57,714 nucleotides of DNA from Minisyncoccota bacterium (GTDB lineage Bacteria; Patescibacteriota; Minisyncoccia; Phycocordibacterales; UBA9973). The notes beneath the pieces were generated by a model. That model made no database searches and had not been told where the DNA came from. It saw only the letters and a program-made list of their open reading frames with translations. The DNA lies in NCBI GenBank assembly GCA_035299545.1, contig DATGWJ010000020.1, positions 1 through 57,714 of the forward strand, given 5' to 3'. Position numbers and translations under genes: made by a program. Below, piece by piece: positions 7,658 through 18,076 of the stretch. How positions within the stretch are numbered: the stretch's first letter is position 1; each line of letters starts with the position of its first letter.

Positions 7658-10600
7658 ATGAAATTTATACGACATAAAAAAATAATTAAGATTCTTATTT
7701 CTGTTTTTTTAATATTCTCTTCTAGAATCGTTTTTGCCGTCTGGGATGGTTTGCCTTATAACCCCGGAGAAACAATAAATCCTGAATGTTTACCATCACA
7801 AACAGATTGTGACGTTCTTCCTTCTATTACAACGGAGTCAGATCCATCTTTCTTAGATTGGTTAATTTCTCCAGTATTCACTAGCTCAGCAACGACAAGA
7901 AGTATTATCCCTGAGACAAATGATACTTATACTCTTGGTTCTTTAGATAAAGTTTGGAAAGATTTATTCGTAGGAGCGGGATCTATCTATGTTAATGGAC
8001 AAAAAGTTTTGCAAACCGACCCAAACAATAGTGTTATTGTTTCTGCTGATGATACTCAAAATTTAATTTTCCAAACAACTGGTGGAGCAAATATAGAACT
8101 TAATCCTGCTAGTGGTGGTGGGAACATTCTTTTGAAAAGTAATGTCACTCTTACTGCTGGTAAAACTATTCGAACTTCCGATTTGTCCGCTATTAATTTT
8201 TCAGATGGTATAAATGCTGGTAACATTAAAGTTTCTGGAAATATTATTTCTTCCACTGATACAAACGGAGGAATATCAATTACTCCAAATGGATTGGGTA
8301 ACACTTATGTTACAAATGGTAACTTTGGAGTAGGCACAACATCAGGACTTTCAAAACTTTCTGTGAATGGCGGTCTTCATGTTGGCGGAGATAGCGACGC
8401 GGGAGATAATAATATTTTAGCTGACGGCACCATCACTGCTATTGGGAATATTTCTGGTGCCAATCTTTCTGGGACAAACACTGGCGACAACGCTGTTAAC
8501 TCTCTTTACTCTGGGCTTGCAACATCCAAACAAGATACACTAGTCTCAGGAACAAATATTAAAACAATAAATGGGAATACAGTTTTGGGAAGTGGAGATA
8601 TGTCTATAGGAACTTTCAATCTCCCTGCTTTAACAACTGGCTCTGTTCTTTTCTCTGATGGTTCTACAATTGCGCAAGACAATGCAAATCTTTTCTGGGA
8701 TGATGCAAATAATAGGTTAGGGATAGGGACAACGACTCCAGAATATCGATTACAAATTTCTGATGGAGCAAATGCTTTCTTGTCAGTAGATAGCACAACT
8801 TCACGAGTAAAAGTTGGAAAAAGTTCAGTTACAGCACCAACTAAAACTTTAGATGTTGCTGGAAATATGAATTTTAATGCTGTAGTTGCCCCAACTCTTG
8901 CACAAGTCACAAGTATTGGAGTGGCAGATGGTGGAGCAGGTAGTATTCCAGCAGGAACATATTACTATGGTGTAGAATTTTATACTTCTGATGGAGATAC
9001 AGGGGCAACATACTCCGCTGCTTCTTCTCCAACTATTACCTTATCTGGTCCTTCTAGAGTTAATTTAACTAATATCCCAACATCGACTGATCCTCGTGTT
9101 ATTGGAAGAAAAATTTACAGAAGCCAAGCTGGAACAGTGGGGGATTATTATTTTAGATATAAGATTGCTACAATTGCCGATAATACAACAACAACTTACC
9201 AAGATAATACTACGACTTATGATAGTAGTGATTGGGAGTATAATAAACAAAATACAACAGCAGGTCTTATTTATTACAACACTGGAAATGGTGTTCTTAC
9301 TAAGATGATGCAACTCACTTCCTATGTTACAGCAGCTGGTTCTAATGCATTAGGAAACTTAACTAGAGGGACCACCACGACAGCTTTTGGTTCTGGTGCT
9401 TTAGCGAATGTTACAACAGGAGATTCAAATATGGCTTTTGGTCATTCTGCTGGATTTAATGTTACAACAGGAGTAGCAAATGATTATTTTGGTTATGCTT
9501 CTGGTCTAGGAAACCAAACTGGAACAGGTAATAGTGCCTTTGGTGATAGTTCGCTACGTAATAATACAAATGCATCTTTTTCTGGAAACTCAGCATTTGG
9601 AGATGCTTCTTTATATGCTTTAGCCTCAGGAAATAATTATAACGTTGGAGTAGGATATTATGCTGGTAATGGAGCACAAGCAACGGGAGGAGTTTATCTT
9701 GGATACCAAGCTGGATATCAATCTGGTGGAGTTGGAACAGTAGGAGGTTACAACATAGTTCTAGGTGCTAATAGTGGAACTCTATTGGGTGCTGGGCTTA
9801 GAAATGTGTTAATTGGATATGATGTTGAATTAGCTACTCCTGCTACTAGTGATCAGTTAAATATCGGAAATATAATTTATGGAACAGGTCTAGGAACTGG
9901 TTCAACTCCATCTGCTACAGGAAAGGTTGGAATTGGCACTTCAACTCCAGGGCAGTTGTTGCATGTTAAAGATACAACAAGCGTAGCTACTCCTATGGTT
10001 ATGTTAGAGGGGTACAATCATGTTTTAGGATTAAAAGGACAAACACCATATGCTGAATATTTTAATCCATCTGGAACACGTCTTGGTTGGTTTGGTTATG
10101 GTATAAATGCTAATGATTTATATTTTTCTAATGATGTAGCTGGTAAGCCAATATATTTTGCCACAGATGGTTACACGAATCCTAGAATGACAATTCTAGG
10201 AACTAGCGGTAATGTTGGTATTGGAACAATAACCCCAGGAGAAAAATTAGAAGTAAGTGGTAGTAGTATTGGAGGAATTGTAAAAACAATAATTAGAAAT
10301 ACAGACCTTACAGATTCAGCTAGTGGAGCTGGAATTGTTCTTATCCCAACTACTGCTGGATGGGGTCCTGCGTTATATGCAACTAGAGGTGGATCAGGAG
10401 CTTTGTATTTTGGAACGACAAGTGCCGCAGGTGGTTCTGCTTTTGATTCAGATAAAGTAAGAATGGTTATTTCAAATATGGGGAATGTAGGTATTGGAAC
10501 AACAAGTCCAGTTTCTAATTTACAAGTTTCTCAATCAACAACAGGAGTTGGAACTGTCTCAAACTCTGCGGGTGGAACTACAGTGACCGGAGTTGGAACA

Positions 10601-13600
10601 CAATTCTTAAATACATTTAAAGTTGGAGACACTATCACAATCAACGGAGAGACTGTAACCATTTCTGCTATTGCAAGTAATACATCGATGACAACAGGAG
10701 CAATAACTAATGCCAATTCTGCTGTCGCATATACTCTGGTAGGAGGAGATAGATTTAGTGTAAAAGGAAATGGAAATGTGGGAATTGGAACTTCAACTCC
10801 TAGTTCTCCACTCGAAATATCTTATGCCAGTACTGGAGCGAGTGGTTCTACTGGTTTAGCTATTAATGCAAGTTCCGGTAATGATTCTATTGTCGGATTA
10901 AATGTTGCAGGAACACTTAGGGGTAAATTCCGTGCAGATGGGAATGGTCATTTTGTGATTAGTTCTACTGGCACCGGAGATATTTATTTCAGAGATGATG
11001 ATACTACCACTAATATGATAATTCTTGATAGTGGTAATGTTGGTATTGGAACAACAAGCCCACAATCTCAATTAGATATCCGAGGAGGAACTTCTAGTTT
11101 TGGTACATTGTTATTATCAAGAACACATCCTACTGTTATGGGAACAGATTTTAGATTGGGTTCTGTAAAATTTGGAGGAGAAGATGTAGATAGTGCTTTC
11201 AGCAACTGGAATACCGCTTCAATAAACGCAGAAATAGATTCGACCTGGACCAGTGCAACAGATACTCCAACAAGATTAACATTCTTAACTACACCTGATG
11301 CTTCTGGAACACCTTTAGAGAGAATGAGAATAGATAATGCGGGTAATGTTGGAATTGGAACAACTGCTCCAACATATAAATTAGATGTTAAGGGTACATC
11401 TGCTACTGGTAGTATACGTTCGGATATAGGTTTTGATATTTATCCAGTTCCAGATCCAACTTCGCCAACTGGTGTTGTGAGTGCTGGAGGAAGCGTGGAT
11501 GATGGAGCTCACTGGTATGGAGTAACATATGTTACTGCTATAGGAGAAACTCATGTAAGATATAGTGCAGCCCAGATTACAACAACTACTGGTAATAATA
11601 CTGTTACACTTACAATTCCTACTTCTGCAGACCAACGAGTTACATCAAGAAAAATTTATAGAACAAAAGCTGGTGCTCAGCAATATTACGAGTATTACTT
11701 AGCTACAGTAAATGATAACACTACAACAACATATGTAGATACTGCAGCGGATTCTTCATTAACTGGTTCAGCTGGAATTGTCTACTTTAAACCAAATACA
11801 ACTACAAAAAATATAACTCTAGCAGGGGCAAAAGCATTTACAATAGATTCCAATGCAACTTGGATAGGATTGAATGCTGGTTCCAATATAACAACTGGAG
11901 GTAGAAATACTTTAGTTGGAGTTGGTGCAGGGGCTGCTATAACAACTGGTTCTGATAACCAAGTTTTTGGACATAGTGCAGCAGGTAATATTACTTCTGG
12001 AGGTTCAAATGTGGTTATGGGTTATGGAGCGTTGTATTCTACAAATTCTGGTGGTAACAATACAGCAATTGGACACGACTCTCTTTTCTATAATCAAACT
12101 GGTTCTGGTAATACTGCTATCGGTTCATTCTCTTTATTTGGAACAGGAGGAGTAAATAGTCATAATTACAACACAGCTGTAGGATCTTATTCACTTAATG
12201 CTACTACTACTGGTGGATCTAATTCATCCCTTGGATATTATTCAATTAGAGGAAATACAACTGGAACACATAACTCTAGTCTTGGGTATTTTGCAGGACG
12301 ATATATTGCAGATGGAGTAACAGAAAATACCACAGGTGACTACAATGTCTTCATAGGCTCTAATACAAAACCTTTAGCGGATGATGACCAAAATGAAATT
12401 GTTATGGGGTACAACACAACTGGTAATGGAAGTAATACAGCAACAATCGGGAATAGCTCTATTGTTAGAACTTATTTAACAGGAGTAAATCTAAAAGCTG
12501 GTACAGCCACAGCAGGAACTGCTCCACTTAAATTTACTTCTGGTGCATTACTCACAGCTCCCGAAGCAGGATCAGTTGAATTCTTAAATGATGCATTTTA
12601 TGGAACTATTACAACCGGAGCAGAAAGAAAACAATTTGCATTCACTTCAGACTTAGCAGGATATGTTCCTTATACTGGAGGAACTTCAAATGTTGATATA
12701 GGGGCACACAACTTAATTGTCGATACTAGTACTTTATTTGCAGATGCCACAAATCACAGAGTAGGAATTGGTACAAATAGTCCATTTGCTACCTTAGATG
12801 TTCCTATTGGTACTACTTCTATGTTTGGATATATTGATTCTCCGTTTGTTTCTCTTGGAGAATACCAGAATTTCTTACTCTATACAGAAACTTTCTCTGA
12901 TGCCACATGGGTAAAGACAGATATAGGAACTGTTACAGCTGATTCAGCTACTGACCCAAGAGGTACAACAACTGCTGAAAATATTCCTGCAGGAAGTAGT
13001 GCAACCGCGAATGTAAGCCAAACTATAACAAACTCTACAACAGGAAGTTGGACATTTAGTGTTTACGCGAAAACTCAGTCTGGTACAGGTACGATAAAAC
13101 TAAAAATTGATTCAGATACAGAAACGGGTACAGAATTAACTGTAAATGTTGGTCCTACTTGGAAAAAATATTCAGTTACTCAAAATCTTGCTTCTGCTCA
13201 CACAACAAAAACAGTAAAAGTTATTAGTGGTACGACAGCTATTGCTTTATGGGCATCTCAGCTTGAACCTACAACTTTTGCAAGACCTTATTCTGGAGGA
13301 AGAACAACTACAGCTTTAACAGCATTAACAAGAACAACTCTAATACCATCTGCTTTATCTATATCTGGAGCTGTTACTGGTGTATCCACATTAACTATGG
13401 CGGGAGCCTTTACAGGAGCAACAACTGGAACTTTCTCAAGTAACTTATCTGTAGGTGGTAACTTAGATATAGGTACTACTCTTACAGCGGGAAGGTTGGC
13501 CATGGGCTCAGTTATTATTGGAGCAGATCCTTCTATCTCTCAAAATTCAAGCTTATATATAGCAGGAGGTGTTAGCGCATTTGCTAATCCGTCAGGGTCC

Positions 13601-15172
13601 ACTGTATTTGCAGATGACTTTACTGAAGCAGTGACAACAACTTTGGCAAGTCATACTCCTGTTGGCACAGGAACTTCTTGGACAATGTTAATACAAAATG
13701 GAACTGCAACATTAAGAGCGCAAAATACAGGGAAAGTTGATGTCACTGCTACGTTAGCAGATATGGGTGTCTTATATACAGCAGACGGCACATATACTTC
13801 CGCTGATTACGAAGTAAAAGTAACAGCTTCTGTGATAGATACTTCCGATGACGTTGCAATTATTGCAGCTCGTATTCAAGATGCAAATAATATGTATTTA
13901 TTTAAATTCTCTGGTACAGCAGCTAATAACGTTCTCTATAAGAGAGTTGCGGGAACATGGACAGTTCTAGGTACATCTACAATCGGAGTCACTGCTGGAA
14001 GTATTGTTAAATTACGTGTGACTGGTTCGACTATTACAGCATATCGAGGTGACACTCTTATGATTTCAGCAAGTGATTCAAGTATTACAAATGCTGGTAA
14101 AGCAGGCTTAGGAGCAGGAAATATTACTGTGTCCACAGACGATCCGGATACTACTTGGGATTTAGATGATTTTACTGTCACAAATTATGAGACATCTTTG
14201 AATTCAGCTATCTTTGCTACAGGTAACGTAGGTATCGGAAATACTAATCCTGGGTATGCTCTTCATATCGGAAGTGCTTCAGTTACTGATGCTACAACAT
14301 TGTTACGTCTTCAAGATGCTGATTCAACTTGTGACTTTAATGCGAATACTGGCGCTCCAACTTGCGGTTCTGATTTAACATTGAAGAAAAATATTATTAA
14401 CCAAGTAGATAATTTAAATAAAGTATTATCTCTCAGACCTGTCACATATAATTGGCTAACTGATGCGGACGGGGTTAATATAAAACATGGATTTATAGCT
14501 CAAGAAGTGGAAGAGATTATGCCAGAGCTTGTGACTGAGAGTAAATGGATTGATGGTTCTACGAAGAAATTCTTGCAGACAGCGGGTATGACACCATATA
14601 TTGTCGGAGCTATAAAAGAGATGAATTTGAAGATAGAAGGTATAAATAATTTTGAACTGGATGAAGAAGGTAATGAAATTAAGAATTCTTGGAGAGACAG
14701 CCTGTCTGCTTGGTTTGCAAATGCTGAGAATCGTATAACAAGAATATTTACTGGTGAAATTTGTATAACTGAACCAGGACAAGATCCTGTATGTCTAAAC
14801 AGAACAGAATTGCAGTCATTAAAATCTTTAATTAATGCAAGTTCTTCTACTACTATAATTAATACAAATAATACTAATATTGATACTACTACAGATACAA
14901 ATGTAGATAATACTACCGATGAGGATACAGACACAAACACTAATATAGATACAGGAGTAAATACAAACACTGATACTGATACGAGTATAAATATAGATAC
15001 AAGTACAGATACAACAGATAATACTAATGCGGATACAGTAACTGAAACAGATACAAATGTAGAAAATACAGACACAGACACAAGTGTAGAAAATACACCA
15101 ATAGTTGAAGGTCAAACAGAAAGTAGTGAAGAAAGTGAAGTTACAAATAATACCGATCAAACATCCCTATGA
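7658..15172 (+). CDS. Giant secreted tail-fibre-like adhesin with C-terminal peptidase S74 (intramolecular chaperone) domain
   Basis: Signal peptide; ~10 GNVGIGT repeats; NTA(V/I/F)G..AL repeat blocks; SDLTLKKNI...LRPVTYNW...GFIAQEVEEIMPELV; Thr/Asp/Asn-rich tail. Confidence 0.85.
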   Translation: MKFIRHKKIIKILISVFLIFSSRIVFAVWDGLPYNPGETINPECLPSQTDCDVLPSITTESDPSFLDWLISPVFTSSATTRSIIPETNDTYTLGSLDKVWKDLFVGAGSIYVNGQKVLQTDPNNSVIVSADDTQNLIFQTTGGANIELNPASGGGNILLKSNVTLTAGKTIRTSDLSAINFSDGINAGNIKVSGNIISSTDTNGGISITPNGLGNTYVTNGNFGVGTTSGLSKLSVNGGLHVGGDSDAGDNNILADGTITAIGNISGANLSGTNTGDNAVNSLYSGLATSKQDTLVSGTNIKTINGNTVLGSGDMSIGTFNLPALTTGSVLFSDGSTIAQDNANLFWDDANNRLGIGTTTPEYRLQISDGANAFLSVDSTTSRVKVGKSSVTAPTKTLDVAGNMNFNAVVAPTLAQVTSIGVADGGAGSIPAGTYYYGVEFYTSDGDTGATYSAASSPTITLSGPSRVNLTNIPTSTDPRVIGRKIYRSQAGTVGDYYFRYKIATIADNTTTTYQDNTTTYDSSDWEYNKQNTTAGLIYYNTGNGVLTKMMQLTSYVTAAGSNALGNLTRGTTTTAFGSGALANVTTGDSNMAFGHSAGFNVTTGVANDYFGYASGLGNQTGTGNSAFGDSSLRNNTNASFSGNSAFGDASLYALASGNNYNVGVGYYAGNGAQATGGVYLGYQAGYQSGGVGTVGGYNIVLGANSGTLLGAGLRNVLIGYDVELATPATSDQLNIGNIIYGTGLGTGSTPSATGKVGIGTSTPGQLLHVKDTTSVATPMVMLEGYNHVLGLKGQTPYAEYFNPSGTRLGWFGYGINANDLYFSNDVAGKPIYFATDGYTNPRMTILGTSGNVGIGTITPGEKLEVSGSSIGGIVKTIIRNTDLTDSASGAGIVLIPTTAGWGPALYATRGGSGALYFGTTSAAGGSAFDSDKVRMVISNMGNVGIGTTSPVSNLQVSQSTTGVGTVSNSAGGTTVTGVGTQFLNTFKVGDTITINGETVTISAIASNTSMTTGAITNANSAVAYTLVGGDRFSVKGNGNVGIGTSTPSSPLEISYASTGASGSTGLAINASSGNDSIVGLNVAGTLRGKFRADGNGHFVISSTGTGDIYFRDDDTTTNMIILDSGNVGIGTTSPQSQLDIRGGTSSFGTLLLSRTHPTVMGTDFRLGSVKFGGEDVDSAFSNWNTASINAEIDSTWTSATDTPTRLTFLTTPDASGTPLERMRIDNAGNVGIGTTAPTYKLDVKGTSATGSIRSDIGFDIYPVPDPTSPTGVVSAGGSVDDGAHWYGVTYVTAIGETHVRYSAAQITTTTGNNTVTLTIPTSADQRVTSRKIYRTKAGAQQYYEYYLATVNDNTTTTYVDTAADSSLTGSAGIVYFKPNTTTKNITLAGAKAFTIDSNATWIGLNAGSNITTGGRNTLVGVGAGAAITTGSDNQVFGHSAAGNITSGGSNVVMGYGALYSTNSGGNNTAIGHDSLFYNQTGSGNTAIGSFSLFGTGGVNSHNYNTAVGSYSLNATTTGGSNSSLGYYSIRGNTTGTHNSSLGYFAGRYIADGVTENTTGDYNVFIGSNTKPLADDDQNEIVMGYNTTGNGSNTATIGNSSIVRTYLTGVNLKAGTATAGTAPLKFTSGALLTAPEAGSVEFLNDAFYGTITTGAERKQFAFTSDLAGYVPYTGGTSNVDIGAHNLIVDTSTLFADATNHRVGIGTNSPFATLDVPIGTTSMFGYIDSPFVSLGEYQNFLLYTETFSDATWVKTDIGTVTADSATDPRGTTTAENIPAGSSATANVSQTITNSTTGSWTFSVYAKTQSGTGTIKLKIDSDTETGTELTVNVGPTWKKYSVTQNLASAHTTKTVKVISGTTAIALWASQLEPTTFARPYSGGRTTTALTALTRTTLIPSALSISGAVTGVSTLTMAGAFTGATTGTFSSNLSVGGNLDIGTTLTAGRLAMGSVIIGADPSISQNSSLYIAGGVSAFANPSGSTVFADDFTEAVTTTLASHTPVGTGTSWTMLIQNGTATLRAQNTGKVDVTATLADMGVLYTADGTYTSADYEVKVTASVIDTSDDVAIIAARIQDANNMYLFKFSGTAANNVLYKRVAGTWTVLGTSTIGVTAGSIVKLRVTGSTITAYRGDTLMISASDSSITNAGKAGLGAGNITVSTDDPDTTWDLDDFTVTNYETSLNSAIFATGNVGIGNTNPGYALHIGSASVTDATTLLRLQDADSTCDFNANTGAPTCGSDLTLKKNIINQVDNLNKVLSLRPVTYNWLTDADGVNIKHGFIAQEVEEIMPELVTESKWIDGSTKKFLQTAGMTPYIVGAIKEMNLKIEGINNFELDEEGNEIKNSWRDSLSAWFANAENRITRIFTGEICITEPGQDPVCLNRTELQSLKSLINASSSTTIINTNNTNIDTTTDTNVDNTTDEDTDTNTNIDTGVNTNTDTDTSINIDTSTDTTDNTNADTVTETDTNVENTDTDTSVENTPIVEGQTESSEESEVTNNTDQTSL

Positions 15173-16185
15173 TAAATATTAAAAAAATACTTTATTGTTT
15201 TTTAATATTGTTAACTATTTTCTTTGTAAAGAATTTTGTTCATGCTTCAACAGTAGATGGTACGATTTCTCCTTCTCCGAAGTATGCATTTGGTGAAAAA
15301 TTGGGGTGGATTAATTTTGGGTGTGATAATTGTAATGTTCATATTACAGATACAACTCTTACTGGTTATGCGTGGAGTAAAACTCACGGTTGGATAAATT
15401 TATCTCCAACTAATGGGGGAGTAACAAACAATTGTCTAGGGCAACTAGGGGGTAAAGCATGGTCAAAATCTCTTGGGTGGGTTGATTTTTCTGGTGTCAC
15501 TATAAATGCCTTAGGAAAATTCGAAGGAGTAGCAGGTACACCAGGGACTACAGCAGGAAGGGTAAGTTTTAATTGTGATAATTGTGATGTTTCCACGGAT
15601 TGGCTCCAATGTTCTCTGCGAGAATCTCCAGCTCAAGTTGTGATAAATAGAATATCAGATCAAACTGTTCCTTCTATTTCTGCAGATATTACTATATCCA
15701 ATGAGGGGTTAATTGATACAGAATATCAATACGAATGGTGTGTTGTGTCTGATATAACAAATGCTTGCGGAGGAGGGGATGATGTTTACTATGCTTCTGG
15801 AGCAAAGCTTATTGTGAGTGGGGCAGATTGGAACACAACAAAAACAGCAACTGTCCCAAATATAGGCAATTACTATTTTAAACTTGTAGTTCATTATGGA
15901 TCCAATTATTCTACAGCTTCGCAATTATTCACAGCATCAAACGAAGGCTCTTCATCTGGTGGAGGTGGAGGGGGGACTATCCCAATAAAAGTTACAAGTG
16001 TTTATGACATTGCAGATTTAAACAAAGATACAAAAGTTGATACGATTGACTTCTCAATAATGCTTTATTACTGGAAGAAAACAGGACCATTTTTAAATCC
16101 TTTAGTAGATATTAATAAAGATAATGTGGTTAACTCCGTTGACTTCTCAATCCTGCTTTCACGATGGGGAAATAATAGTATATGA
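15169..16185 (+). CDS. Secreted GWI-repeat protein with C-terminal dockerin domain
   Basis: Repeats GWINF/GYAWS..GWINL/GKAWS..GWVDF; Gly linker; duplicated Ca-loop motifs DLNKDTKVDTIDFSIML and DINKDNVVNSVDFSILL. Confidence 0.8.
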   Translation: MINIKKILYCFLILLTIFFVKNFVHASTVDGTISPSPKYAFGEKLGWINFGCDNCNVHITDTTLTGYAWSKTHGWINLSPTNGGVTNNCLGQLGGKAWSKSLGWVDFSGVTINALGKFEGVAGTPGTTAGRVSFNCDNCDVSTDWLQCSLRESPAQVVINRISDQTVPSISADITISNEGLIDTEYQYEWCVVSDITNACGGGDDVYYASGAKLIVSGADWNTTKTATVPNIGNYYFKLVVHYGSNYSTASQLFTASNEGSSSGGGGGGTIPIKVTSVYDIADLNKDTKVDTIDFSIMLYYWKKTGPFLNPLVDINKDNVVNSVDFSILLSRWGNNSI

Positions 16186-16793
16186 TAAAAAAAATAATTA
16201 AAAACATAAATTTTTCTTTTGTTGCTTTAGTGATAATTCTATCTTTTTTCACAGCTAGAGAATCTTTAGCTTATACGGAAGTTTATTTCCAAGCACCTGA
16301 AGATATTATTCAAAGCGGTGATACTTTTACAGTTCTATTAAAAATATCCTCAAAAGATAAAAAAATTAATGCTATAAATGGAACTATTCTTTACGATAAT
16401 CAATTTTTAAAAGTAAAAAGCATAAATAAAGATAATTCCATTCTTTCTTTGTGGGTTAAGGAACCTACCTATAATAATGAAGAAGGCAAAATAAGCTTAA
16501 TAGGAGGAAGCCCCGAAGGTTTTTTAGGTGAAGGAGGAGAAGTATTAAATATAACTTTCAAAGCAAAAAAAGGTGGTTTAACAAAAATTGGTTACGAAGA
16601 TGTGTTCTCTGTTTTTCTAAATGATGGTAAAGGGACACAGGTGAATCCTTGGTTAAAGCCAATGAATATTAAAATAGAAAATCTGCTTGGAAAGACAACT
16701 TATGCACTTTATACTCTGTCTGTTGTATTTATTTTAATTATTTTATTTATTATAATTAAAAGACGTAAGAAGAATAAAAAAGATGTCGCATAA
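16182..16793 (+). CDS. Cohesin-domain protein with C-terminal TM anchor
   Basis: GDTFTV...INAINGTILYD...SLWVKEP...ITFKAKKGG; C-term hydrophobic helix then KRRKKNKK. Confidence 0.8.
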   Translation: MIKKIIKNINFSFVALVIILSFFTARESLAYTEVYFQAPEDIIQSGDTFTVLLKISSKDKKINAINGTILYDNQFLKVKSINKDNSILSLWVKEPTYNNEEGKISLIGGSPEGFLGEGGEVLNITFKAKKGGLTKIGYEDVFSVFLNDGKGTQVNPWLKPMNIKIENLLGKTTYALYTLSVVFILIILFIIIKRRKKNKKDVA

Positions 16794-18045
16794 TTTTTTT
16801 AAAAATTTAGTTCTAAAGATATTTACGATATTCGTGGTGTCATTTTTCTTATTCGCTCCATCGCGATTATTTGCAGCAAGTTTGTCTATTCTACCAAACC
16901 CCTCAAATATTTCTACTGGTGGAACTACCGTAATGAAAGTTTATGTTAACACTGAAGGTAAATCTATTAATAATGCGGAAGCTGTAATTCAATTCCCAGT
17001 CGATACTCTTCAGGTTGTTTCTATATCAAAAAGTTCATCAATCTTTTCTTTGTGGGTAGAGGAGCCATCTTTTTCAAATATTACAGGTAAAATAAATTTC
17101 AATGGAGGTATCCCAACTCCGGGGTACATTGGAAGTAATGGTTATATCGCATCTATAACTTTCAAGGCAAAAACTGCAGGAGTAGCCCCGATTATCTTCT
17201 TAAGTGGAGCTGTTAGAGAAAATGATGGATTAGGCACAGATATTTTAACTTCTAAGAAAGGAAGTATGATAAATGTCTCTGCCCCTAAGCCAAAAGATAC
17301 AGTAAAGAAAGTTGAGCCAAAAGAAACTGTAGAAAAGAAAGAAGTAGTCGTTGAAGCATTTAAGCCATCAATAAGATTCTTTAGTAACCAAGGAATAGTA
17401 AAATTAGGAGACAACACAACAATTCCTAATACCGACTATTATTCTATTTCTGTGGATGATAATTTGGGTCTTAAGATTGAGACCGACCAACTCCTCGATG
17501 GTGAGTATTATCTTCCTATCTTAGAAGAAGGAGTTCATACTGTAAATATTATATCTTTTGAAAAAAACGGAAAATATAAAGAATCTGTCTTAACATTCAT
17601 GAGTCCACCAGTAATTCCTCCAACTCTTTCATTACAAGCTTATGTTATACCAAAGGGTGACTCTGCAATTATAGAAGGTAAGACAGATTATCCTAGAACA
17701 ACAGTCAATGTAATATTGGAATTAGAAGGCGAAGAAATCGGTAGATATACTCAACAAACGAGAGCTGATGGATCATTCACAGTGAATACAGATCCTATTA
17801 AAAAATCTGGATTAGTAAATATTTGGTCAGAAAATATTGTATCAGAAAATGTGAAAAGTCATCCTTCTGAAAGAATTTATTTGAAAGTTAACGAGCCAAA
17901 AGTTGTTAGGGTAACACTTTCACTTATTTATCCTGTTGTGTTTGTTATGGTTACTCTTATTGCTTTCGCTTTACTGGTTCTAATCTTAGTTTTGATTTGG
18001 CGAAAAATATTCAGACTAAAAGAGACTTCAAAGAATAGAATATGA
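16783..18045 (+). CDS. Cohesin plus Ig-like domain protein with C-terminal TM anchor
   Basis: INNAEAVIQFP...SLWVEEP...ITFKAKTAG; Ig-like IEGKTDYPRTTV...ADGSF; C-term TM. Confidence 0.8.
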   Translation: MSHNFFKNLVLKIFTIFVVSFFLFAPSRLFAASLSILPNPSNISTGGTTVMKVYVNTEGKSINNAEAVIQFPVDTLQVVSISKSSSIFSLWVEEPSFSNITGKINFNGGIPTPGYIGSNGYIASITFKAKTAGVAPIIFLSGAVRENDGLGTDILTSKKGSMINVSAPKPKDTVKKVEPKETVEKKEVVVEAFKPSIRFFSNQGIVKLGDNTTIPNTDYYSISVDDNLGLKIETDQLLDGEYYLPILEEGVHTVNIISFEKNGKYKESVLTFMSPPVIPPTLSLQAYVIPKGDSAIIEGKTDYPRTTVNVILELEGEEIGRYTQQTRADGSFTVNTDPIKKSGLVNIWSENIVSENVKSHPSERIYLKVNEPKVVRVTLSLIYPVVFVMVTLIAFALLVLILVLIWRKIFRLKETSKNRI

Positions 18046-18076
18046 CATTTCTCTTTTATTCTGCTATATTTTAAAA

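Noticed and set aside
14860-15160. ACAGATACA-rich quasi-repeats as a CRISPR array or DNA tandem repeat
   Set aside because: They are irregular codon-level repeats of a Thr/Asp/Asn low-complexity protein tail, with no constant repeat-spacer period.
7658-15172. Prophage interpretation of the S74 tail-fibre-like gene
   Set aside because: It has a signal peptide and is coupled to cohesin/dockerin genes; there are no integrase, capsid, terminase or att sites nearby.
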